This document shows positions 54,431 to 63,339 of a DNA stretch of 64,000 nt, in pieces. The number at the start of each line of letters is the position of its first letter. The first letter of the stretch is position 1. Both the position numbers and the translations under genes were made by a program. A model generated the notes under the pieces. It made no database searches and had not been told where the DNA came from. It saw only the letters and a list, made by a program, of their open reading frames with translations. Source of the stretch: an uncultured Candidatus Rokubacteria bacterium (GTDB lineage Bacteria; Methylomirabilota; Methylomirabilia; Rokubacteriales; CSP1-6); contig CAVWWD010000005.1 in the NCBI GenBank assembly GCA_963758635.1, positions 448,001-512,000 on the forward strand, written 5' to 3'.

Positions 54431-55456
54431 TTACGGGAACACCGCGACCTTGATCGACTCCGGGGCGCGATGGGCCTCGAAGGCGGAGGCGATGGCGTCG
54501 AGCGCGACGCGGTGAGTGAGAAGCGGCCCCGTGGTCACGGCGCCCGTGGCGAGGAGGCGGATCGCCTCGGGGAACTCGTCCTGGTAGATCATCGAGCCCA
54601 GGATCGCGAGCTCGCGGCGCACCACGGGGAAGAAGTGCACGTGCGATGGCTCGTGGGGGAGCCCGGTGAGGACGATCCGCCCGCCCGGGCGCGCCAGCTC
54701 CACCGCCTGCTCGACGGCCGCGGCCGTCCCCGCCGTCTCGATCACCAGGTCCACGCCCTCGCGCCCCGAGAAGGCGCGGGCCGCCTCGCCGTGGCCACCG
54801 CCCAGCGTGGTCGCGACCGCCTCGGCGCCGACCTTCCGGGCCACGTCGAGCCGCCGCTCCGTGCGTCCCACCGCGAGGACGCGAAGCCCGCTGGCGCGCA
54901 GCGCCTGGACGGCGAGGAGCCCCAGCGTCCCCGCCCCCACCACCGCCGCGGACTGGCCCGGACGCGCGTCGCCCCGACGGACCGCGCGGGCCACCACGGC
55001 CAGCGGCTCGGCGAACAGGAGCGCGTCGTCGGCAAGGTGGGCGGGCGCGGGCCAGCAGAGGCGCGCGGGCACCCGTACCTCGTCGGCGAAGCCACCGTCC
55101 TCGTCGATGCCCACGGTGACGCGGCGGAGGCAGAGGTTCCGGTTGCCCTCGACGCAGAGCGGGCAGTGGCCGCACGCGTAGTTGGGCTCGACCGCGACCT
55201 TGTCGCCGGCGCGGACGTTGTCGACGCCGGCCCCCGTCGCCACCACGCGCCCGACCATCTCGTGCCCCATGACGAGCGGGTAGCGTACCGGACGGTCGCC
55301 GTTCCAGATGCGGTAGTCGGTGCCGCACAGGCCCGAGCCGATCACCCGCACCACCGCTTCCCCGGGGCCGGGGGACGCCGCCGCCCGCTCCTCGACGGTG
55401 AGCGCGCGAGGACCGTGGAGCAGGGCCGCGCGCACGCGCCGGGACTCCGCCGTCAT
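54431..55456 (-). CDS. Zinc-dependent alcohol/threonine dehydrogenase family protein
   Basis: GLCGTD, GHEMVG, CGHCPLC..C, GAGTLG. Confidence 0.93.
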   Translation of the reverse strand: MTAESRRVRAALLHGPRALTVEERAAASPGPGEAVVRVIGSGLCGTDYRIWNGDRPVRYPLVMGHEMVGRVVATGAGVDNVRAGDKVAVEPNYACGHCPLCVEGNRNLCLRRVTVGIDEDGGFADEVRVPARLCWPAPAHLADDALLFAEPLAVVARAVRRGDARPGQSAAVVGAGTLGLLAVQALRASGLRVLAVGRTERRLDVARKVGAEAVATTLGGGHGEAARAFSGREGVDLVIETAGTAAAVEQAVELARPGGRIVLTGLPHEPSHVHFFPVVRRELAILGSMIYQDEFPEAIRLLATGAVTTGPLLTHRVALDAIASAFEAHRAPESIKVAVFP

Positions 55457-55459
55457 GCC

Positions 55460-57253
55460 TCAGGCGTACAGCCCGTCGATCACGGACTCGTACGTCTCGC
55501 GGATGACCTTGCGCTTGACCTTGAGGGTGGGCGTGAGCATGCCGTTGTCGACCGTGAAGTCCTCGGGGAGGATCTGGAACTTCTTGATCTTCGCGTAGGA
55601 CTGGAGATCGGCGTTCCGCGTCTCCACGATCTTCGAGACCCGCCCCACCACGCGCGGATGCTTGCAGAGCGCCGTGGCGTCCGGCACGGCGATGCCCTCG
55701 GCCTTGGCGAAGGCGGTGAGCTCCTCCGGGTTGAGCGTGATGAGGGCCACCGGGTACGGCCGCTTGTCGCCGTAGACCAGCACCTGGCTGATGAACGGGT
55801 CGCCCTTGAGGAGGTTCTCGATGTTCTGCGGAGCGATGTTGATGCCGCCCGCGGTGATGATCAGGTCCTTCTTCCGGTCCGTGATGAAGAGGAACCCATC
55901 CTCGTCCATCCGCCCGATGTCGCCGGTGGCGAACCATCCGTCGGACAGGAACACCTCGGCGGTGGCGTCGGGCTTCTTGAAGTAGCCTCGGGCGATGTTC
56001 GGGCCGCGGCCCAGGATCTCGCCGTCGGGGGCGATCTTCACCTCGAGGCCGGGCAGCGGCTGTCCGACCGAGCCGAACTTGAAGTGGGTGGGGCGGTTGA
56101 ACGTGAGGACGGGGCACGTCTCGGTGAGGCCGTAGCCCTCGAGGATCAGGACGCCGGCCCCGTGGAAGAACTGCGCGATCTCCGGAGACAGCGGCGCGCC
56201 GCCGGAGACGGCGAAGCGCAGGCGGCCCCCGAGGGCGGCCTGCATCTTCCCGAACACGAGCTTCTCGGCGATCCGGTACTTGAGGCCGAGCAGGCCGGGC
56301 ACGGGCTGGCGCGCCTGCTTGAGCTTCGAGACCTGCTGGCCCACGGAGACGGCCCAGTGGAAGATCTTCCGCTTGAGCGGCGAGCCCGCCTCCGCGCGCG
56401 CGAGGACGCCCGCGTACACCTTCTCGAACACGCGCGGCACCGCGCAGATGAAGTGCGGGCGCACCTCGGGGAGGTTCTCGCGCAGCTTGTCGATGCTCTC
56501 GGCGAAGGCGGTGGTGAGCCCCCGGTACACGCCGGTGAAGCTCTCGAGCCGCCCGAACGAGTGCGCGAGGGGCAGGAACAGGAGGTGCACGTCCGCCTCA
56601 TCGACGGCCATGGTCTGGCCGGACGAGCCGAGCGCGGCCATGTGGTTGCCGTGCGTCTGGACCACGCCCTTGGGAGGGCCGGTGGTGCCCGACGTGTAGA
56701 CGATGGTGGCCGTCTCGTCCGGCTTGCCCTCGGCGATGCGGCGGTCCAGCTCCTCCCGGACGGCGGCGAGGCCCTGTCGTCCCTGCTCGCGGAGCGCCGC
56801 CCACGTGAGGAGCCGGCCCCCGGGCTCCTTGAGGTCGGGCCCGTCGAGGACCACGATCTGCTCGAGGCCGCTCATCTTCCCGCGCACCTCCAGCACCTTC
56901 GCGAGCTGGGTGGGGTCCTCGACGATCAGCGTCTTCACGCCGGCGTCGTTGACGATGTACTGGACGAGGTCGGACGGATACGTCGGGTAGATCGGGATCG
57001 TCACGCCGCCGATCGAGAAGATGGCGAAGTCGGCCTGCACCCACTCGGGGCGGCCGCCCGCGAGGATCGCGACCGCATCGCCCCGCTTGCGGCCGAGGCC
57101 GATGAGGCCGGCGGCGACCTCGCGCACCGCGTCGCCCACCTGGCGCCAGGTCGCGGTCTGCCAGGCGCCCCCGCGCTTCCACTGCTGGGCGGGCTTGTCC
57201 CCGCTCTTCCCGACGCGGTCCCAGAACATCTTCGCCAGCGTGTCGTGAGCCAT
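55460..57253 (-). CDS. fadD: Long-chain fatty acid-CoA ligase
   Basis: YTSGTTGPPKG, GYGLTE, GWFATGDIG, DRKKDLI, TPTLKVKR. Confidence 0.93.
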   Translation of the reverse strand: MAHDTLAKMFWDRVGKSGDKPAQQWKRGGAWQTATWRQVGDAVREVAAGLIGLGRKRGDAVAILAGGRPEWVQADFAIFSIGGVTIPIYPTYPSDLVQYIVNDAGVKTLIVEDPTQLAKVLEVRGKMSGLEQIVVLDGPDLKEPGGRLLTWAALREQGRQGLAAVREELDRRIAEGKPDETATIVYTSGTTGPPKGVVQTHGNHMAALGSSGQTMAVDEADVHLLFLPLAHSFGRLESFTGVYRGLTTAFAESIDKLRENLPEVRPHFICAVPRVFEKVYAGVLARAEAGSPLKRKIFHWAVSVGQQVSKLKQARQPVPGLLGLKYRIAEKLVFGKMQAALGGRLRFAVSGGAPLSPEIAQFFHGAGVLILEGYGLTETCPVLTFNRPTHFKFGSVGQPLPGLEVKIAPDGEILGRGPNIARGYFKKPDATAEVFLSDGWFATGDIGRMDEDGFLFITDRKKDLIITAGGINIAPQNIENLLKGDPFISQVLVYGDKRPYPVALITLNPEELTAFAKAEGIAVPDATALCKHPRVVGRVSKIVETRNADLQSYAKIKKFQILPEDFTVDNGMLTPTLKVKRKVIRETYESVIDGLYA

Positions 57254-57377
57254 GGTCACCTCCGCATGGTCGCCGGTGACGCTACGCCCGCATCGTTACT
57301 GAGCCCCGCGCATCAGACCAATGCCGAACGGTGGGACGGTAGAGGCCCGTGGCGGTTACCGTACCCGGTGAAAGTCA

Positions 57378-57800
57378 TCAGCGGACGACGAGCTGATCCA
57401 TCTCGATGGCGAGCGAGGCGGCCCGGAAACGGCCGTGCACCTGCGCTCGCGTGCCCTCGGGAGGGATGGCGGCGGCCCGGCCCCCGGCGCGTACGCTGCC
57501 CACGGGCATCGCGACCACCCAGACGCCCGCGCGCCCGTCCATCAGCAGGAACATCGGCACCACGTCCTGGTAGGGCGGGTTGCCGAGCACGGTCACCTGC
57601 CGGTACTGCGGGGGCCCGGTGACGCCGTCGACGGCCACGCGCGTGTCGTTGTACCGCCAGGGATCGGAGAGGAGCACGCCCACGCTGACCGGATCGCTCG
57701 GGTTCTCCGGCGCGGCGGCGGCCGGCCCGGCGCCGCTCCCCGCCGCGAGCGCGAGGGCCACGATCAGCGCGGCGAGCCGCCGGACCCGACCGGACGCCAT
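57378..57800 (-). CDS. Hypothetical exported protein (OB-fold-like)
   Basis: Signal peptide ending AAA; VGVLLSDPWRYNDTRVAVDG..G..AQVHGRF. Confidence 0.6.
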   Translation of the reverse strand: MASGRVRRLAALIVALALAAGSGAGPAAAAPENPSDPVSVGVLLSDPWRYNDTRVAVDGVTGPPQYRQVTVLGNPPYQDVVPMFLLMDGRAGVWVVAMPVGSVRAGGRAAAIPPEGTRAQVHGRFRAASLAIEMDQLVVR

Positions 57801-58111
57801 CACCGCATCGACACGCGGAACGCGTCGATGTAGCTGCCCACCATGTTCCACGTGCCCTCCACCTCCACCCGGTCGCCGGAGCGGATCGCCTGCTGCGGTG
57901 GCGCGAGCACGCGCACGTGCGCGCCCGCCTCTATGAGCAGGAACCCCTGGCGGCCCCCCGCCGCGGGCTCGATGAGCCCGACGGTGCCGTGGACGAGGAC
58001 GGGGCGCCGGTCGAAACGCGCGGAGTCGCGGAGGATCTGCCCGAGCGGCTGGGCCTCGGCGACGCCGGCCACGGAGATCGCGAACGCGAGGAGCCAGGCC
58101 GCGATTCGCAC
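57800..58111 (-). CDS. Hypothetical exported protein (OB-fold-like), paralogue of its neighbour
   Basis: Signal peptide ending AEA; LGQILRDSARFDRRPVLVHGTV..GDRVEVEGTW. Confidence 0.65.
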   Translation of the reverse strand: MRIAAWLLAFAISVAGVAEAQPLGQILRDSARFDRRPVLVHGTVGLIEPAAGGRQGFLLIEAGAHVRVLAPPQQAIRSGDRVEVEGTWNMVGSYIDAFRVSMR

Positions 58112-58118
58112 GGCTCCC

Positions 58119-58616
58119 TCACCTCTCCCGGCGCTTCTCCAGGCGTTCTTCCAGCGCGCGGAGCTGCTCGCGAAGCGCCACCACCTCGTCCTTGAGGCTG
58201 TCGCCGTCGGCCGGCTTGTCCGGCTTGGCGTCAGCCGCCGGCTCCGGGGCGTGCGGCACCGTCCAGCCCCCGCGCGAGGCCCATTCACGGACCACCCGGT
58301 CGACCTCCCGCTGGCTCGTGATGATGGACTCGAGGCTCGACCGGAACGACTTCTGGACGAAGTCCTGCCACACCTCGCCGTGCTTGATGAGCTGATGGAG
58401 GAACGACGGCGGGAGCGAGGTGCGGTGGTTGCGCTCCTTCTCGAGGATGATCTGAGCCAGGGTCACCGACGTGAGGTCCTCGCCGGTCGACACGTCGACC
58501 ACCGAGATCTCCTTGCCGGCGCGGATCAGCTCCTCGAGCTCCTCCAGCGTGACGTAGCGGCTCTCCTGCGTGTCGTAGAGCTTCCGGTTGGAGTACCGCT
58601 TGATGACGTACGCCAT
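58119..58616 (-). CDS. phaR: Polyhydroxyalkanoate synthesis regulator (PHB_acc_N DNA-binding domain)
   Basis: IKRYSNRKLYDTQESRYVTLE..TGEDLT..TLAQII. Confidence 0.92.
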   Translation of the reverse strand: MAYVIKRYSNRKLYDTQESRYVTLEELEELIRAGKEISVVDVSTGEDLTSVTLAQIILEKERNHRTSLPPSFLHQLIKHGEVWQDFVQKSFRSSLESIITSQREVDRVVREWASRGGWTVPHAPEPAADAKPDKPADGDSLKDEVVALREQLRALEERLEKRRER

Positions 58617-58712
58617 ACGCGGCGAAGTCTAACACCCTGCGTCAGGGGCGACAAGGCCGCGGCCGGCGCGGCCGGCGCGGCAGGCGCGGCCGGCGCGGAT
58701 GGCCGCGGAACG

Positions 58713-59279
58713 CTAGGCGCGCTGCGGCGGGGGCCCGGGCGGCTCGGCGGCCGCGGCGAAGCTCGCGAGGACCGCGGCCCCGTCCATCGCCCACGCCCAC
58801 GGCTCGAGCGCCCACGCCGTCCACAGGCCGACGAGGTCCAGCGGCCGGCGATAGACCACGGGGGTCCGCGACGGCATCACCAGGGCCTCGCCGGTGAGGA
58901 CCTCCTCGCCCCGCTGGTTCCGGCACACCGTGCGGAGGCGCACGCGGTTCCGCTCGCGGCTGGTCTCGATGACCTGCACGCGGGCCCGGATGGCGTCTCC
59001 GAGCTTCACGGGACGCAGGAACCTGAGGTCCTGGGACACGTAGATGGTGCCGGGGCCGGGCAGCCGCGTCCCGATCACGGCGGAGATCAGCCCGGCCGTC
59101 CAGATGCCGGGAGCGATCCGCTCCTTGAACGTGCTGTCCGCCGCGTACGCCGGATCGGAGTGGATGGGGTTGTCGTCGCCCACCGCGTCCACGAAGCCCG
59201 CGATGTCCCGCTCGGCGGCGACGCGGACGATCTCCGCCTCGTCGCCTTCCTCGATCTGGTCGATCGTGAGCCCGATCAT
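58713..59279 (-). CDS. phaJ: MaoC-family (R)-specific enoyl-CoA hydratase
   Basis: GDDNPIHSD..FKERIAPG..GTRLPGPGTIYVSQDLRFLRPV; alternative start at 59318. Confidence 0.85.
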   Translation of the reverse strand: MIGLTIDQIEEGDEAEIVRVAAERDIAGFVDAVGDDNPIHSDPAYAADSTFKERIAPGIWTAGLISAVIGTRLPGPGTIYVSQDLRFLRPVKLGDAIRARVQVIETSRERNRVRLRTVCRNQRGEEVLTGEALVMPSRTPVVYRRPLDLVGLWTAWALEPWAWAMDGAAVLASFAAAAEPPGPPPQRA

Positions 59280-59314
59280 CGCGCCCCGGGCCGCGGTCCC
59301 GCGCCGAGGGCCTC

Positions 59315-59896
59315 TCATGACCCTCGCAGAACACGGTAACCGCCACGGGCCCTTACCGTCCTACCGCTCGGCATTAGTCTGCTGCCCGAGGCTCTGAGCC
59401 GGGCGAGGACGGCGTCGAGGCGGTCCTCCACGCCCTCGATCTTCTCCTCGAGCTGGACGATCTGCTGGGCGATACCCGTCACCTGCGCGCGCGACGGCAT
59501 GCCGAGGCCGGCGAGCCCGGCCTCCTGCTGCTCCGCGGCGGCCTTCTTCGCGGGGCCCGCGCCGGCGAGGAATCCTTCGAGCTGCTTGCCCAGGAGCTTC
59601 GCGAAGCTCTCCGTGCCCATCGCCTGCTCGAGGGCCCGCGACCAGGCGGCGATCCACTGGTCGAGGAACTGCTTCCACTGGGTCATCAGCTCGGGCGACG
59701 CGGGGCCCTGCGTCATCACCTTCGACCACGCGGCGATCCCCTGGTCCATGAAGGGCTTCCAGAAGGCCTGCGGGTCCAGCGCGGCGGGGGCGCCGGCCAT
59801 CGGCGGCTGCCCCACCATGCGGAGCCAGGCCTGGGTGCCCTCGTCGATCTGGCGCCGCCACATCTCCATCAGGTCCGTGCCTGCCGCGTCCACCAT
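59315..59896 (-). CDS. phaE: PHA synthase accessory subunit (PhaE / class IV PhaR-like)
   Basis: Trp-rich helical protein with MGTESFA..LGMPSR..IVQLEEKI coiled coil, directly downstream of phaC; C-terminal end uncertain. Confidence 0.7.
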   Translation of the reverse strand: MVDAAGTDLMEMWRRQIDEGTQAWLRMVGQPPMAGAPAALDPQAFWKPFMDQGIAAWSKVMTQGPASPELMTQWKQFLDQWIAAWSRALEQAMGTESFAKLLGKQLEGFLAGAGPAKKAAAEQQEAGLAGLGMPSRAQVTGIAQQIVQLEEKIEGVEDRLDAVLARLRASGSRLMPSGRTVRARGGYRVLRGS

Positions 59897-59909
59897 GACC
59901 GTCCCTCCT

Positions 59910-61010
59910 CTACGACCGGGCCTGGAGCCAGGACGACACCTTCGGCCAGCAGTGCACCGACGCGCCGCGCCCGGCGATGAGCGAGATGTGCCCGCCCGGG
60001 AGCTCGATGTACTCGCGATCCGTGCTGCCCACGGCGTCGATGAGCGGCTTGACGCAGCCCGGCGGCGCGATGTTGTCCTCGCGCGCCCCCACCGCCAGCA
60101 CGGGACACGTGATGCGGCGGAGGTCGACGGGACGGTCGCCCAGGCGCAGCTCGCCCTGGACCAGCCGGTTCTGCTGGTAGAACTCCTTCACCCACTGGCG
60201 GAAGAACTCGCCGGGGAACGGCATGTATTCGTTCGCCCACTTGTTGAGCGCGTTGAAGCCGGACACGTACTCCGGGTTCCACAGGTTCCACCAGAGGTTC
60301 AGGTTGGTGGACAGGTCCATCGTCGGCTTCAGGAGCTTGAACCCCAGACGGACCATGTCCGCGGGAATGCTGCCGAGGGTGTCCACGTAGCGGTCCACGT
60401 CGAAGTACCGCGCGTCCAGCCACTGGCCGAAGAGCCCGACGCGCGAGAAGTCGAACGGGCCGGCCATGTTGATGAAGTTCTTCACCGGGAACTCGGGATG
60501 CGTGGCGAGGAAGCTCGCGGACAGCGGCGCGCCCATGCAGTAGCCCAGCACCGACATCTCGCGCGCCCCGGACGACTGCAGCGCCTTGGCGGCGAGCCGG
60601 GGCAGGAGCGAGGTCACGACCTCCGTCACGTCGAGGCCATTGTCCTCCGGTCCGAAGATCCCCCAGTCGACCAGGTAGAAGTCGAAGCCCTGGCCGGTCA
60701 TGAACTCGACGAACGAGCCGCCGCGCATGAGGTCGAAGATATACGGCCGGCTGATGCCGAGGTTGGGCACGAAGAGCAGCGGCGTCCGTACCGTCCGCCG
60801 CGAGGCGTACCGGTAGAGCCGGGACTTGTTCTTCTTGTAGATCACCTCGCGCGGCGTGGGCCCGACCTCGGGCTCCTTCGGGTTCATCACCATCTCGCCG
60901 AAGTTCTTCATGCGCAGGAAGTTTCGGCTGATCTCCTCGTGCCAGCGCGCGAGCACCTCCGGCGACACGCGGGGGGGATCGAGCGTCATCGTGAACTGTT
61001 CGTCCTTCAT
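59910..61010 (-). CDS. phaC: Class III/IV-size poly(3-hydroxyalkanoate) synthase
   Basis: 366 aa; GPTPREV, RPYIFDL, DWG, lipase box GYCMG, EDNIAP (Asp), GGHIS (His). Confidence 0.9.
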   Translation of the reverse strand: MKDEQFTMTLDPPRVSPEVLARWHEEISRNFLRMKNFGEMVMNPKEPEVGPTPREVIYKKNKSRLYRYASRRTVRTPLLFVPNLGISRPYIFDLMRGGSFVEFMTGQGFDFYLVDWGIFGPEDNGLDVTEVVTSLLPRLAAKALQSSGAREMSVLGYCMGAPLSASFLATHPEFPVKNFINMAGPFDFSRVGLFGQWLDARYFDVDRYVDTLGSIPADMVRLGFKLLKPTMDLSTNLNLWWNLWNPEYVSGFNALNKWANEYMPFPGEFFRQWVKEFYQQNRLVQGELRLGDRPVDLRRITCPVLAVGAREDNIAPPGCVKPLIDAVGSTDREYIELPGGHISLIAGRGASVHCWPKVSSWLQARS

Positions 61011-61105
61011 GCACGCCTCCGGGGATATGCCTTCGTGTGGGGGAGCATCGGGGTCATGTTACATCGTGATGACGCTCTGCGGCATTGCTTTGTGAGCCGA
61101 GCCGA

Positions 61106-61266
61106 CATATGGAAATGCCTTGGAACCAGGCCAGAAGACGGTTGCCGGCCATTTTGTGAACGCATATGGAAATGCCTTGGAACCAGGCCAGAAGACGGTT
61201 GCCGGCCATTTTGTGAACGCATATGGACATGCCCTGGAACCAGGCCAGAAGACGGTTGCCGGCCAT
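61106..61266. repeat. Tandem repeat array B: 57-bp unit x~2.8 (CATATGGAAATGCCTTGGAACCAGGCCAGAAGACGGTTGCCGGCCATTTTGTGAACG)
   Basis: Units start at 61106, 61163 and 61220 (third has two substitutions and is truncated); intergenic upstream of phaC. Confidence 0.95.
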
Positions 61267-61301
61267 GCGGTAGCCAGAAGTCCGCCATCCGCGGCACGAG
61301 A

Positions 61302-61324
61302 GAGGGGGGGCCGGGCCCCCCCTC
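61302..61324. repeat. GC-rich inverted repeat (REP-like or terminator)
   Basis: GAGGGGGGGCC-G-GGCCCCCCCTC with perfect 11-bp arms, just downstream of the SCP2 stop. Confidence 0.7.
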
Positions 61325-61331
61325 GAGAGTT

Positions 61332-61655
61332 CTAGACTGCGAAGAGCGAGCCCACCTTCATGGCGAGCCCCATGTCGCCCTTGATCTTGAGCTTGCCCGA
61401 CATGAACGCCATCTGGCCGGAGAGCTTCTTGGTGTCGACCATGTCGAGCCAGTCCTGCGACGACATGGTGAGCGAGAGGTTCGGGTTCGTCCCCGCCCCC
61501 GGGTTCACCTGGCACGCGCCGTCCTTGATCACGGCGTGCCAGGTCCCGCCCTGGTCGCCCGTGATGTCGTACTGGATGGTCGCGTCCACGCCCGCGGCCT
61601 TGGCCGGCTGGAACTTGCTTCCCATGTTGTCGAAGGTCTCCTTCACCGTCGCCAT
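61332..61655 (-). CDS. SCP2 sterol/lipid-binding domain protein
   Basis: FQPAKAAG..IQYDITG..GGTW..AFMSGKLKIKGDMGLAMK; AGGAGG RBS. Confidence 0.92.
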   Translation of the reverse strand: MATVKETFDNMGSKFQPAKAAGVDATIQYDITGDQGGTWHAVIKDGACQVNPGAGTNPNLSLTMSSQDWLDMVDTKKLSGQMAFMSGKLKIKGDMGLAMKVGSLFAV

Positions 61656-61684
61656 CGGATCACCCTCCTGTTGGTGTCGACACC

Positions 61685-62434
61685 CTAGAACGTGAAGAGA
61701 TCCATGCCGCCCGTCACCGTGAGCACGGCCCCGGTGATGTAGCGGGCGCGCTCCGAGCACAGGAAGGCGATGGCGCTCGCCACGTCGGACGGCTCGCCCT
61801 CCTTCTGCATGGCCACGCGCTTGACCATCCGGTCGTACATCGGAGAGAGGTTCGCGTTCGGCCCGATGATGCCGGGCGCGATCACGTTCGCGGTCACGTT
61901 GGAGCGCGCGCCCTCGAGGGCCACGGAGCGGGCGAAGCCGATCACGCCCATCTTGCCCGTCGAGTACGCGGTCTGGCCGAACCCGCCCATGAGCCCGGCG
62001 ATGGAGGCCATGCACACGATCCGCCCCCACCGGCGCTCGCGCATCCCCGGGAAGACGGCTTTCGTGACATTGTAGGTCCCGGTGAGATTGATGGCGAGGT
62101 TCTGGTCCCAGGCCGCGTCGTCCATGTCCTTGAGCTGGGCCACCGTGTAGATCCAGCCCGCGTTGTTGACGAGGATGTCCGCCGGCCCCACCTCGCGCTC
62201 CGCCCGCGCCACCGCGTCGGCGAGCCGCGCCCGGTCGGTGATGTCCACCTCGTAGCTCGCGGCCACGCCGCCGCCCGCGGTGATCTCCTTCGCCGTCTCC
62301 GCGGCGCCCTCGGCGTTCAGGTCGAACACGACGACGCGGCAGCCCTCGGCGGCGAGCGTCAGGCAATCCTCGCGGCCGAGGCTCCGCGCGCCCCCCGTCA
62401 CCAGCGCCACCTTCCCCGCGATCCCGAGGTCCAT
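61685..62434 (-). CDS. SDR (FabG/PhaB-like 3-oxoacyl reductase)
   Basis: TGGARSLG, NNAG, GGFGQTAYSTGK. Confidence 0.9.
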   Translation of the reverse strand: MDLGIAGKVALVTGGARSLGREDCLTLAAEGCRVVVFDLNAEGAAETAKEITAGGGVAASYEVDITDRARLADAVARAEREVGPADILVNNAGWIYTVAQLKDMDDAAWDQNLAINLTGTYNVTKAVFPGMRERRWGRIVCMASIAGLMGGFGQTAYSTGKMGVIGFARSVALEGARSNVTANVIAPGIIGPNANLSPMYDRMVKRVAMQKEGEPSDVASAIAFLCSERARYITGAVLTVTGGMDLFTF

Positions 62435-62516
62435 GCGCCGGCCCGCGTCATCCGCGAACGGAAACGGACCTTGAACAGCGTGTGCGTCCGGTGAGCCCGC
62501 TCATGAATGGTCCTCG

Positions 62517-63290
62517 CTAGCGGCCGGTAAAGTTCGCCGCCCGCTTCTGGAAGAACGCCTGGATGCCCTCGGCGGCGTCCTCGGTCCGGATCACCTTCTG
62601 GAAGGCGCGCGCCTCGATCTCGAGGGCCTGGTCGATCGGCGCGTGGATGCCGTCGTCGACCGCCTCGATGATGAGCCGCGTGGCGATGGGCGCGCGCTTC
62701 GCGAGCTCGCGCGCAAGGGCCCTGGCGTCGTCGAGCGTCGCGCCCTCCTTGGCCAGGCGGTTGACGAGCCCGATCCGGTGGCACTCCGCGGCGGGGATCT
62801 GCGTGCCGAGGAGCAGATGCTCCAGCGCGAGGCCGCGCCCGATCAGGCGCGGCAGGCGCTGGGTGCCGCCGTAGCCCGGGATGATGCCGAGGCTCGACTC
62901 CGTCTGCCCCATCCGCGCCGTCTCCTTCAGGATGCGGATGTGACACGCCATCGCGATCTCGGTGCCGCCGCCGAGGGCGTGACCGTTGATCGCCGCCACC
63001 ACCGGCTTGGGGAACCGCTCGATGCGGCGGAGCACGCCGTTGCCGAACCGGATGAAATCGGTCACGTTGCCGCCCGAGAACGCGGAGCCCAGGTCCGCGC
63101 CCGCGCAGAAGATGCGGTCGCCGGCCCCGGTGACGATGAGCGCGCGCACGGCGTCGTCCGACTCGATCTCGGTGAGGACGGCGTCGAGCTCGCGCATCAG
63201 GCTCTCGCTGATCGCGTTGGCGGGCGGGCGGTTCAGCGTGACGACTGCGACACCTTCCTCGCGCTCGAGGCTCAGGGTCTCGTACGGCAT
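62517..63290 (-). CDS. Enoyl-CoA hydratase/isomerase (crotonase)
   Basis: TLNRPPANA, FCAGADL, AINGHALGGGTE, PGYGGTQRLPR. Confidence 0.94.
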   Translation of the reverse strand: MPYETLSLEREEGVAVVTLNRPPANAISESLMRELDAVLTEIESDDAVRALIVTGAGDRIFCAGADLGSAFSGGNVTDFIRFGNGVLRRIERFPKPVVAAINGHALGGGTEIAMACHIRILKETARMGQTESSLGIIPGYGGTQRLPRLIGRGLALEHLLLGTQIPAAECHRIGLVNRLAKEGATLDDARALARELAKRAPIATRLIIEAVDDGIHAPIDQALEIEARAFQKVIRTEDAAEGIQAFFQKRAANFTGR

Positions 63291-63339
63291 CGGCCGCGCT
63301 CCTTCGGGCTCGTCCCGGTCGCCCGCGAGGTCCGCGGAC

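Noticed and set aside
54365..57622. Very long antisense or alternate-frame ORFs (e.g. 1085 aa here; also 8550..10847, 22705..24726, 50038..52293)
   Set aside because: Shadow ORFs of high-GC coding sequence with no recognisable motifs; the opposite strand or another frame carries clear family signatures
58655..58708. 9-bp GGCGCGGCC-type microrepeat between phaJ and phaR
   Set aside because: Short, degenerate and GC-only; compatible with slippage in a high-GC genome with no evident function
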